In this document: piece by piece, positions 55,626 through 63,774 of the stretch
How positions within the stretch are numbered: the first letter of the stretch is position 1
Layout: each line of letters starts with the position of its first letter
Assembly: GCA_016182805.1 (NCBI GenBank)
Contig: JACPFV010000003.1
Span: 16,285-80,284 of the forward strand
DNA: 64,000 nt
Source: Gammaproteobacteria bacterium
GTDB lineage: Bacteria > Pseudomonadota > Gammaproteobacteria > Nevskiales > Nevskiaceae
Direction of reading: 5' to 3'
Position numbers and translations under genes: made by a program
The notes under the pieces: model-generated
Told to the model about the DNA's origin: nothing
Seen by the model: the letters and a program-made list of their open reading frames with translations, nothing else
Databases searched by the model: none

Positions 55626-56771
55626 ATGCCGCATACGCTCGCCTACGCATCCGCCCCGCGCAACGCGCAGGACCCGGTCGTCGCCGACGAGTTCTCCCGC
55701 TACTACCTGCACGAGACCCGGCTGTCCGCGGCCACGCTGTTCGGCACCGTCGCGATCGCCCTGATCCTGGCGCCGCTGTACCGCCAGTCCGTGTTCGGCG
55801 CGGCGGCACCGGCCGCGGTGCTGCTGATCGAATGGGGACTCATCATCCCCGCCTGCCTGCTCGGCGCCTATATGCGCTCGCGCCCGCAGCAGGCCGAGCT
55901 GCACGCGCGGCTGGGGCTGGCGGCAACCGTCGCCATCGCGGCGGGCCTGATCGGCGTGTTCTGCGCCTGGCGGCAGGCCGGCGTCGCCTTTCCGACCGAG
56001 TTCGTCGGCCTGTTCCTGATCGCCGCCCTGGCGCTGGGCGGCCTGCTGCAAAGCCAGGTGCTGCCGGCGGCCCTCGCCCTGCTGGCGATCGACGCCGCCA
56101 CCGGCTACTGGGTGGACGGCTGGAGCGTGGTCGCCAACGCGCACGCGTTCAGCGACACCCTGACCGCGGTGCTCGGCTACATCGTCGGCCAGCACACCGA
56201 GCGCACCACGCAGCAGATTTGGCTCGACGCCCGGCGCTTCGAGCGCATGGCCGGCGAAGACCCGCTGACCCGGCTGTCCAACCGCCGCGCCTACGAGACC
56301 CATTGCGGCGCCGCGCTGGCGCAGGCCGGACGCGAGCAGCGTCGCGTCGCGGTCGGCATCCTCGACGTCGACTGCTTCAAGGAATACAACGACCACTACG
56401 GGCACATGACCGGCGACGGCGCCCTGATGCTGGTCGCCGACGCGCTGAGCCGCGCCGCGCGCCGGCCGCTGGACGCCGTGTGCCGCTTCGGCGGCGAGAA
56501 ATTCGCGGTGTTCTGGTACGACCTCTCCCCGGACAACGCGCGCGAGCGCGCCGAAGCCGTGGTCGCGGCGGTGCGCGACCTGTACATCCCGCACCGCCAC
56601 TCCCGCGTCGGCGACCGCATCACGGTGAGCCTCGGCGCAGTCCACTTCCTGCCCGGCCCGCGGCTCCGGCTGGCGGACGCGCTCGCCGCCGCCGAGCTGC
56701 GCCTGCGCGACGCGAAGGACGCCGGCCGCAACCGCGCAGTGATGCACGAGCTGGCCCCGCCGCCGTCGTAG
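55626..56771 (+). CDS. Polytopic membrane protein with a degenerate GGDEF domain (GGEKF)
   Basis: About 6 hydrophobic helices are followed by DPLTRLSNRR...DVDCFKEYND..GH..GD...RPLDAVCRFGGEKF. The I-site RxxD is intact. ATG 55626 lies behind ggagg. Confidence 0.85.
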   Translation: MPHTLAYASAPRNAQDPVVADEFSRYYLHETRLSAATLFGTVAIALILAPLYRQSVFGAAAPAAVLLIEWGLIIPACLLGAYMRSRPQQAELHARLGLAATVAIAAGLIGVFCAWRQAGVAFPTEFVGLFLIAALALGGLLQSQVLPAALALLAIDAATGYWVDGWSVVANAHAFSDTLTAVLGYIVGQHTERTTQQIWLDARRFERMAGEDPLTRLSNRRAYETHCGAALAQAGREQRRVAVGILDVDCFKEYNDHYGHMTGDGALMLVADALSRAARRPLDAVCRFGGEKFAVFWYDLSPDNARERAEAVVAAVRDLYIPHRHSRVGDRITVSLGAVHFLPGPRLRLADALAAAELRLRDAKDAGRNRAVMHELAPPPS

Positions 56772-56872
56772 TCGAGCCTCGCCGCCGCGACAGCGCGCCC
56801 CGGCTCCGCGGCCCTTATTGCGCAGGGGCGGCACGCCTACGCTGCACGCTCGTCCGACCCGCGGGGGCAGCG

Positions 56873-57343
56873 ATGCCGATCACGGTCCATCTGGAAATCA
56901 ATCGCGAGTTCGCCGTCGCGGCGGGCGCCGCCGACGCCTTCGAGTTCCTGGCGCACGTCCCGCACACCCGCCGCTGCTTTCCCGACCTGGAGCGGCTGGT
57001 GGCGCTCGGCGGGCAGCGGTACCGCTGGGAGATCCGGCCGATCGGCACGGTCGGCATCAAGCATCGCGTGATCTACGGCTGCCGCTACGCCGCCAGCCGG
57101 CGCGACAAGACCGTCGAATGGCAGCCGCTGGACGACATCGGCAACGGCCGCGTCGCCGGCCGCTGGCGCGTCGCCACCGACCGCCGCGGCGCGCGCCTGT
57201 CGTTCCACACCGAGGCGCGGCTGCTGGTGCCGGACGTGCCGCTGCCGTTCCGCCTGCTGGCCGCGCCGTACGTGGAGCGGGAATTCCTGCGGCGCGTCGA
57301 GGGCTACCACGAGCGTGTGCAGGCGGTGCTGGGAGAAACCTAA
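56873..57343 (+). CDS. SRPBCC (polyketide-cyclase/START-like) protein
   Basis: The protein is ~156 aa, with a pattern typical of this fold and G/C-rich third codon positions. This is a by-eye assignment only. Confidence 0.6.
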   Translation: MPITVHLEINREFAVAAGAADAFEFLAHVPHTRRCFPDLERLVALGGQRYRWEIRPIGTVGIKHRVIYGCRYAASRRDKTVEWQPLDDIGNGRVAGRWRVATDRRGARLSFHTEARLLVPDVPLPFRLLAAPYVEREFLRRVEGYHERVQAVLGET

Positions 57344-57502
57344 CCGCGTCGCGCATCGCGATCTCGACCGCGATCGCGCGGAAGTACGGGGCGGTGCGCC
57401 GGAACGTGCGGGTGAACAGGCGGCGGCCGAACGGCAGGCGCTCTGCGGCACGGTAGGGCTTGAACGCGTTCCGGGCCATGGCGGGGATCGTCACCGCCCG
57501 AA

Positions 57503-58744
57503 TCAGCGGTGCAGCATGACGAAGACCTGGAACTCGCCGACCAGGAAGCCCAGCGCGGCGCCGACCGCGATCAGAATCCACTCGTCCTGCTGGAAGGCCG
57601 GGCGCAACAGCTTCTCGAACTCGTCCTCGTTCAGCTCCTGCATCTTGGCGATCAGCGTGTTCTTCACGTCCATCGCGTCGGCCGCGTAGGTCTCGACGTG
57701 GCGCAGGGCTTCCGGCAGCTTCTCCACGATCTTCTCGGCGACCGCTTCCTTCATTCCCTGGTAACGGGCGGTGCCCACCGCCATGACGACGAAAGGCTTG
57801 GCCAGGCCGGACTGCTCGTCCACCATCTGCTTCACGTGCTTCTGCACCATCTGGTACAGGCGGTCGGACAGCGGCCCGCGCAGCACCGCGTCGAGCACCG
57901 CGGTCGGCGTGATGACCTCGTCGGCGATCAGCGCGCCGTAGCGCGCGGAGACCTCCCTGCGCCGGCGCAGGAACATGCCCTGCCACTCGAACAGCCCGAA
58001 CAGGTAGCGCGTCGGCCGCTTCGGGCGGAACACCATTTTGAGCGCCAGCCAGTCCGTGGCCCAGCCGGTGAAGCCGCCGAACACCGGCATGACCCAGGGC
58101 GAATGGGTCAGCGCCCAGGTGACGGCCTGCACGCAGCCGATGACGAAGCCGAACCAGATGCCGGAGCGCGCGATGAACTTGAACTCCTCGCGGCCGACCT
58201 CCTGGAAGATGCGGTTCAGCAGGCGCTTGTCGCGCATCAGGTTGGTGACGACCATGTCCTTCAGATCGAACACCTTGTCGATATCGCGCTGAAGCTCGCG
58301 CATGATCTGCGCGACGAGGTCCGGGGCGTCGGCCTGCACGCGCCGGATCACGCGCTGCCGCAAGGTCTCCGGCAGGATTTCCCACAGGCCCGGCTGATAG
58401 GCTGCGGCAACCTCGCGGGTCACGTCCTCGACCGCGGCGAGCATCGGCTGCTCGATCTCGCGCGCCACGCGCTTCGGGTCCAGGCGGCCGAACACGTCGG
58501 CGGGCTTGAGCAGCCGTGAAGTCATGGTGTCGCAGGCGATGGCGGCCATCGCCGCGGCCTTGCGCGGCACGATGCCCTGCCAGCCCAGGAACGGCGGCTT
58601 GAAGCCGACGAACTCGACCGGCTCGAACATCATGCGGATCGCCACCAGCTTGGTGACGTAGCCGATTACAGCCGCGACCAGCGGCATCGAGGCGTACAGC
58701 CACCAATTCCGCTGCAAGTCCGCAAGGATCTCGTTCCAGCTCAT
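57503..58744 (-). CDS. DUF445-family membrane protein
   Basis: The N-terminal helix and the block FLGWQGIVPRKA, plus a C-terminal TM with GAALGFLVG, match the DUF445 pattern as I remember it. Confidence 0.75.
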   Translation of the reverse strand: MSWNEILADLQRNWWLYASMPLVAAVIGYVTKLVAIRMMFEPVEFVGFKPPFLGWQGIVPRKAAAMAAIACDTMTSRLLKPADVFGRLDPKRVAREIEQPMLAAVEDVTREVAAAYQPGLWEILPETLRQRVIRRVQADAPDLVAQIMRELQRDIDKVFDLKDMVVTNLMRDKRLLNRIFQEVGREEFKFIARSGIWFGFVIGCVQAVTWALTHSPWVMPVFGGFTGWATDWLALKMVFRPKRPTRYLFGLFEWQGMFLRRRREVSARYGALIADEVITPTAVLDAVLRGPLSDRLYQMVQKHVKQMVDEQSGLAKPFVVMAVGTARYQGMKEAVAEKIVEKLPEALRHVETYAADAMDVKNTLIAKMQELNEDEFEKLLRPAFQQDEWILIAVGAALGFLVGEFQVFVMLHR

Positions 58745-58804
58745 GCCGCCCCCCTTCGTTCCCGCGCCCCGGCGCGGGTCGCGTCCCTCGCCGCCCGGGC
58801 GGCG

Positions 58805-59998
58805 TCAGCGATCCCTCTGCAGCACCCGGCGCAGCGGGGCCAGACGCTCCCAGGCGCCGTTCCTGCGCGCCCATTCCAGCAGACTGGCGACGCCCGCGTC
58901 GCCGGCATCGGCCAGGGCGCGGGCCACCGCCTGCTGGCGCGCCTCCGGCAGCCGCTCGACGATGTCCGCCAGCGGCGCCCACAGGCTCTGCGCCTGCGCC
59001 GCCGCGGCAATGCGGCCGATGGTCTGCGACTCCAGGGCCTCGGCCAGGCCCGCCAGCCGGCGGCGCCCTTCGGCGTCCATGCGCTCGGCCAACGGCAGGA
59101 GCTGCGTCCAGGCCTGGGCCGCGTCGGCCGCCGCCACGATGCTGCGCAGGACCTCGGGCGCCTGGATCATCGGCAGGTTGATGAGCCGCGTCTGGGCCGC
59201 CTCGCTCATCAGCGACACGATCGGCAGCACCGCCACCCACAAGCCCTGCCGCTGCACCACCCGCACCATGCTGCCGAGCACGCCCTCGTCCTCGGCGATC
59301 GCGATGTCGCCCAGGCGCCGCAGCAGGCCGGCGCTCAGGTTGCCCATCATCGCCAGCGCATCCGGCCACAGACGATCCGCATCCGCCGTCGCCATCCGCA
59401 GCACGCGCCGCAGCCGCGCCTCGGACAGCAGGCCGACGATGGACTCCAGGCGCCGCGGCGACTCGACGAAGAAGGCGACCTCCAGCAGGGCGCGGTCGTC
59501 GTCGGTGTCGTCGATCACCGCCTTGATCGTGCTGTCGGGCAGCGCGTCGACGAAGCGCGCCATGGTGATGTACTCGCCGCGCGCGCGCAGCTCGTGCGCC
59601 ACCGCGACCACGCGGTCCACCGGGATGCCGGCGATCACGTCGCGCGCGCGGCGCGGGTCCAGCTCCAGGCAGACGTCGGCCAGGAACGCGATCGGCATCT
59701 TCGCCGCCACGTCCACCGCCCGCTGCGACGGCATGACTCCGGCGATGCGCGCGCACAGCATGGGGCCGAACACGGTGCGCCCGAGCTGCGCCACCAGCGC
59801 CGCCGGCAGCAGCTTGGCCGCCGCCGCCAGGCGGCGGAACATCGCGAGGTGGTCGTCGAACAGCGCGGCGGTGATGCGCTCGCGCAGCTCGCGCAACTGC
59901 CCCGGCTCCAGCACGTCGAGGAACGCCAGTTCCTCCGGCTCCTCGCCCAGCAGGCGGCCGAGCTTGACCCGTTCGGCGCGGGTGGCGAGGCGCGTCAC
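58805..59998 (-). CDS. Hypothetical all-helical repeat protein
   Basis: Third codon positions are G/C-rich from GTG 59998, which overlaps the upstream TGA as GTGA. The sequence has Leu/Ala-rich repeating helices. I recognised no family. Confidence 0.65.
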   Translation of the reverse strand: MTRLATRAERVKLGRLLGEEPEELAFLDVLEPGQLRELRERITAALFDDHLAMFRRLAAAAKLLPAALVAQLGRTVFGPMLCARIAGVMPSQRAVDVAAKMPIAFLADVCLELDPRRARDVIAGIPVDRVVAVAHELRARGEYITMARFVDALPDSTIKAVIDDTDDDRALLEVAFFVESPRRLESIVGLLSEARLRRVLRMATADADRLWPDALAMMGNLSAGLLRRLGDIAIAEDEGVLGSMVRVVQRQGLWVAVLPIVSLMSEAAQTRLINLPMIQAPEVLRSIVAAADAAQAWTQLLPLAERMDAEGRRRLAGLAEALESQTIGRIAAAAQAQSLWAPLADIVERLPEARQQAVARALADAGDAGVASLLEWARRNGAWERLAPLRRVLQRDR

Positions 59999-60286
59999 GA
60001 GAACAGGACCCGGCGCACGGCCCCGCGCAGCAGGGCCGGGATGAAGCTCTCGGAGTGTTCGATCGCGCGGTCCAGATGCTCCTGCTGGCGCCGGCGCGCC
60101 GCCTGCACGCCGTGCAGCACCCGCTCGATCTCGCGCTCCGAAAGCCGGTCCAGCGCGGCGAGGTCGGCGCCGGAGCAACGCAGCTCGCGCCGCAGCGCGT
60201 CCAGCGCCGACGCGCCTATCGCGCCTATCGCGCCCCTTCGCGCCCTTCGCCGCGCTGCCGGCGCCGTTGTCCGCCCGTCGCCTCAC
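59995..60286 (-). pseudogene. Small ORF (96 aa if corrected) broken by a 1-nt frameshift inside a tandem repeat
   Basis: GTG 60286 overlaps the RND stop (GTGA). G/C enrichment at third codon positions switches frame at the C4 run 60233-60236. The downstream frame ends at TGA 59995-59997, overlapping the next gene's start. Confidence 0.5.
60211..60247. repeat. Four-unit 9/10-bp tandem repeat
   Basis: The units are cgcgcctat, cgcgcctat, cgcgcccctt and cgcgccctt, read directly from the sequence. Confidence 0.85.
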
Positions 60287-62694
60287 GGATGGCCGTCCGT
60301 CAGCGCGGCGTCCGCGCCGGCGCTCAGGTCCTCGCCGGCGTGCTTGCGCTCCTCGCCGGCCAGGAAGTGCGCGAGCGCCGGCAGCACGAAGATCGCACCG
60401 AACATGTTGGCGGTGAACGCGAACACCAGCAGCAGACCCATATCCGCCTGGAACTGGAGCTTGGACAACAGCCAGGTGACAACGCTCACCCCGAGCGCCA
60501 GGCCGGTGAACAGCACCGCCTTGCCGGTCTGCTTGAGCGTCCGGTAGTAGGCCTCTTCCAGCGACTGCCCCTTGCGCAGGCCCTCGGCCATCACGCTGTA
60601 GATGTAGATGCCGTAGTCCACGCCGATGCCGGAGGCGAGCGCCAGCACCGGCAGCGTCGCGACCTTCTCGCCGATGCCCATCAGCACCATCACGCCGTAG
60701 CCCATCATCGTGACCAACGACAGCGGCAGGACCACGCACAGCACGCCGGACACGGTGCGGAAGGACAGCCACAGGAACACCAGGATCACGACGTACACGT
60801 AGCCGACCACCGGCAGCTCGTTCTCCTTGACCACCTCATTGGTCGCGGCCATGACGCCGACGTTGCCGGAGGCGAGGCGGAACTTGACCTGGGCGTCCGG
60901 GTTCTGCGGCTTGTAGTTCTTCACCGCCTGCACCAGGCGCGCGATGGTCTCGGCCTTGTGGTCGGTGGTGAAGATCATCAGCGCCAGCGCGTCGCAATCG
61001 TCGTTGAGCAAGCCGGTCGTACTCGGCACGACCGCCGAGGACTGCGCCAGCGAGTCGCGGTCGCGCGGCAGGATCTCGGCGTTGAGGCGACCTTCGTTCA
61101 GGCCCTGGTAGGCGAGCTTGGACAGGTCGAGCAGCGACATGACGTCGCGCACGCCGTCCTGGTTGCGCATGTACCAGCCGAAGCGGTCCATCTCGTCCAT
61201 GATCTCGAACTCGATGCACGCATCCGGCACCGTTTCCGCGATCACCTTGAGCTGATCCACGCCCAGCGCGAAGTGATGCGCGATGGTGCGGGCGTCCTGG
61301 TTGAAGCGGGACTCCGGGCGCAGCTCCGGCACGCCTTCCTGGGTCTCGCCGATCTGAAGTTTCGGGTACAGCATCAGCGACCAGGCCAGCAGGCCGGCGC
61401 AGACCGCGAGCACAGCCACCGCCGGCCCGCGCCGCGTGACCTTGGCCAGGGTGCGGAACAGCGCATCGCCGTACTGCTCGCGCTTCTCCTGCGCGCGCTT
61501 GAACCCTTCCGGGTCCGGGATGCGCATGTACGACAGCAACTGCGGCATCAGCAGCTTGTTGGTGACGATGATCGCGGCCATGCCGAAGGCGGCGTTGACC
61601 GACATCTCGCGGATCACGTCAATGTCGATCAGGTAGATCGTGGCGAAGCCGGCGACGTCGGTGATGAGCGCCGTCGTGCCCGGGATCGCCAGTGCGCGGA
61701 AGGTGGCGAGCGAGGCGTGGAAGCTGTCGGCGCGCTTGGCGTAGATCTCGTGCGCCCAGGAGTTCACGTACTGCACGCCGTGGCTGACCGAGACCGAAAG
61801 GATCAGGAACGGCACCAGGATCGCGAAGGGATCGAGGCCGAAGCCGATCAGGTGCAGCAGGCCCAGCTCCCAGATCACCGCGATGATGGACACCGCCATC
61901 GGCAGCAGCGACAGCACGAAGGAGCCGATGTAGATCCACAGCAGCAGGCTGGTCAGCACGAGGCTGAGCACGAAGAACAGCGCGACCTGCAGCGAAGCGT
62001 CGGTCATGTCGTCCACGACCTTGGCGAAGCCGATGACGTGCACCGACACCGCCTCGGTCTCGTACTTCGCGCGGATCGCCTCCAGCGCGTCGCCGACCTT
62101 GACGTAGTCCAGCTTCTCGCCGCTGATCGGGTCGTTCTCCAGCAGCTCGGCGACGATCATCGCCGCCTTGCCGTCTTCCGAGACGAGCCGTCCGATGACG
62201 TTGGCCTTGGCGACGTTGCCGCGCAGGCGCTCCATCATCTCCGGCGTCGGCTGGTAATCCGCCGGCACCACGGTCTCGCCGGCCAGGCCGCCCTCGATCA
62301 CCTCGACGTACAGGATGTTCGGCGTGAACAGCGAGGTAACGCGCGCGCGGTCCACGCCCGGCGTCAGGAATACCTCGTCCGTGACCTGGCGCAGCGCCTC
62401 CATGAATTCGGGCTCGTAAATGTCCTTGCCCTTGCGGTTCTCCAGCGCCACCAGCACGGTGTTGGCGCCGCCGAAGTCCTGGTAATACTCCAGGAAGGTC
62501 TGCATGTACGGGTGCTGCTTGGGCACCATCTTGAGCCAGCCGGCGTCCGGCTTGAGCTGCGCGGCCTGCCAGCCCAGGAATACCGTCATCAAAGCCAGCA
62601 GCGCCAGCGTGAACGGCCGGCCGCGGAACACCAAGGGCTCGACCACGCGCAGGATGCGCTGCGTCCAGTTGCCCGATTGCGTTGCGGCGGCCAT
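60283..62694 (-). CDS. RND superfamily transporter, MMPL/HpnN-like (paralogue c)
   Basis: The protein is 803 aa and shares blocks with paralogues a and b (GANTVLVAL, GFAKVVDD, SGNVGVMAATNE, GIGVDYGIY). The start abuts the propeller gene's stop. Confidence 0.9.
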   Translation of the reverse strand: MAAATQSGNWTQRILRVVEPLVFRGRPFTLALLALMTVFLGWQAAQLKPDAGWLKMVPKQHPYMQTFLEYYQDFGGANTVLVALENRKGKDIYEPEFMEALRQVTDEVFLTPGVDRARVTSLFTPNILYVEVIEGGLAGETVVPADYQPTPEMMERLRGNVAKANVIGRLVSEDGKAAMIVAELLENDPISGEKLDYVKVGDALEAIRAKYETEAVSVHVIGFAKVVDDMTDASLQVALFFVLSLVLTSLLLWIYIGSFVLSLLPMAVSIIAVIWELGLLHLIGFGLDPFAILVPFLILSVSVSHGVQYVNSWAHEIYAKRADSFHASLATFRALAIPGTTALITDVAGFATIYLIDIDVIREMSVNAAFGMAAIIVTNKLLMPQLLSYMRIPDPEGFKRAQEKREQYGDALFRTLAKVTRRGPAVAVLAVCAGLLAWSLMLYPKLQIGETQEGVPELRPESRFNQDARTIAHHFALGVDQLKVIAETVPDACIEFEIMDEMDRFGWYMRNQDGVRDVMSLLDLSKLAYQGLNEGRLNAEILPRDRDSLAQSSAVVPSTTGLLNDDCDALALMIFTTDHKAETIARLVQAVKNYKPQNPDAQVKFRLASGNVGVMAATNEVVKENELPVVGYVYVVILVFLWLSFRTVSGVLCVVLPLSLVTMMGYGVMVLMGIGEKVATLPVLALASGIGVDYGIYIYSVMAEGLRKGQSLEEAYYRTLKQTGKAVLFTGLALGVSVVTWLLSKLQFQADMGLLLVFAFTANMFGAIFVLPALAHFLAGEERKHAGEDLSAGADAALTDGHP

Positions 62695-63755
62695 CAGCGG
62701 ATCTCCCCAAGGTCCTGCACGCCGCGGCGGCCGACGCCCAGCAGGCGGCCGCGGAAAATCATCGCGGTCGAGAGAATCTCGTCCGCCGGCGACGGCACCG
62801 CCGCCACCTGCCCGCTGGCGGCGTCCACGCGGCGGATCACGCCGTTGACGCCGACCAGCACCGCTTCACGGTCCGACAGCCAGGCGCCGCCGAACAGGCT
62901 TTCCTTGACCGGGTTATCCAGGTGCCGCCAGCCCATGGCGGCGACCTTGGCCGGGTCCGGCACCGTCTCGCGCAGGTCCCATTCCTCCAGCTCCGCCGGA
63001 TTCACGGCGGGACAGGCGGCGAGGTCCGCGACCCGGTAGATGTTGCCGCGCATGCCGTAAATGACCGCGCCGCGCTCGCCCAGCGGCAGCGCGCCGAAGA
63101 ACGAGCCGCTGTACGGCGTCTGGAGCTGGCGCCAGCTCCGGCCGCCGTCGGTGGAATGCGCCGCCACGCCGCGCTCGCCGGCGATCAGCAGGCTGCCGTC
63201 GTTCAGGCGCACGATCGCGTTGAGGTGCATGCCCAGTTCGGTGAACGGAAAGGCGGCGGCGTTCCAGGTGTCGCCGCCGTCCGTCGTCACGTAGTACTGA
63301 CCGTAGCTGCCGACCGCGAAGCCGTTGCGCTCGTCGGTGAAGTTGATGTCGTAGAGCGGCTTGCCGCGCCGCCCGTCGAAGTGCTGCAAGGTCCAGGTCG
63401 CGCCGCCGTCTTGCGTACGCAGGATTGCCGCGTCGTGGCCGACCGCCCAGCCGCGCTGCGCGCCGGTGAAGCGCACGCGCGTGAGCATGCGGCCGACCGG
63501 GCTGGCGACCTGCTGCCAGTCGCGGCCGTCCGCCGACAGCAGGATGTGGCCGCGCGTGCCGACGGCGACGAGCCGGTCGCCGGCGCGCGCGACGTCGAGC
63601 AGCGTGCTGCGCACGGCCAGCGGCGCCATGACGGCCGGGCGCGGGACCGGCGGCGCTCCCTCGCCGCCAGCCGCCTCGCCCACGGAATCCTGCGACCAGG
63701 CCGGCGCCGCCAGCATCGCGGTGGCCAGGCCCAACATCCATTTCTTCATCGGCAT
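62694..63755 (-). CDS. Ycf48-like BNR/Asp-box beta-propeller, secreted
   Basis: A signal peptide (MLGLATAMLAAPAWSQ) and Asp-boxes (SADGRDW, TQDGGATW, TTDGGDTW, STDGGRSW) are present. Confidence 0.85.
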   Translation of the reverse strand: MPMKKWMLGLATAMLAAPAWSQDSVGEAAGGEGAPPVPRPAVMAPLAVRSTLLDVARAGDRLVAVGTRGHILLSADGRDWQQVASPVGRMLTRVRFTGAQRGWAVGHDAAILRTQDGGATWTLQHFDGRRGKPLYDINFTDERNGFAVGSYGQYYVTTDGGDTWNAAAFPFTELGMHLNAIVRLNDGSLLIAGERGVAAHSTDGGRSWRQLQTPYSGSFFGALPLGERGAVIYGMRGNIYRVADLAACPAVNPAELEEWDLRETVPDPAKVAAMGWRHLDNPVKESLFGGAWLSDREAVLVGVNGVIRRVDAASGQVAAVPSPADEILSTAMIFRGRLLGVGRRGVQDLGEIR

Positions 63756-63774
63756 GATTCCTTATCTCGGCGGG

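Noticed and set aside
57057-59756. An 899-aa minus-strand ORF spanning the DUF445 and helical-protein region.
   Set aside because: It is out of frame with the two codon-biased genes it overlaps, and its sequence is Arg/Pro/Gly-rich. Only its segment 57344-57479 shows coding-like bias, and I reported that segment separately.
60211-60247. The short direct repeats considered as a possible CRISPR-like or minisatellite array.
   Set aside because: There are only four contiguous 9-10-bp units with no spacers. This is a simple tandem repeat inside a coding region.
60283-60285. TGA read-through of RND paralogue c into the in-frame downstream ORF.
   Set aside because: The 25 codons immediately after the stop in that frame contain ATA x2, AGG x2 and CGA x2, which are rare in this genome. 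The GTGA-coupled alternative frame is better until the tandem repeat, so a frameshifted separate micro-ORF explains the data better.
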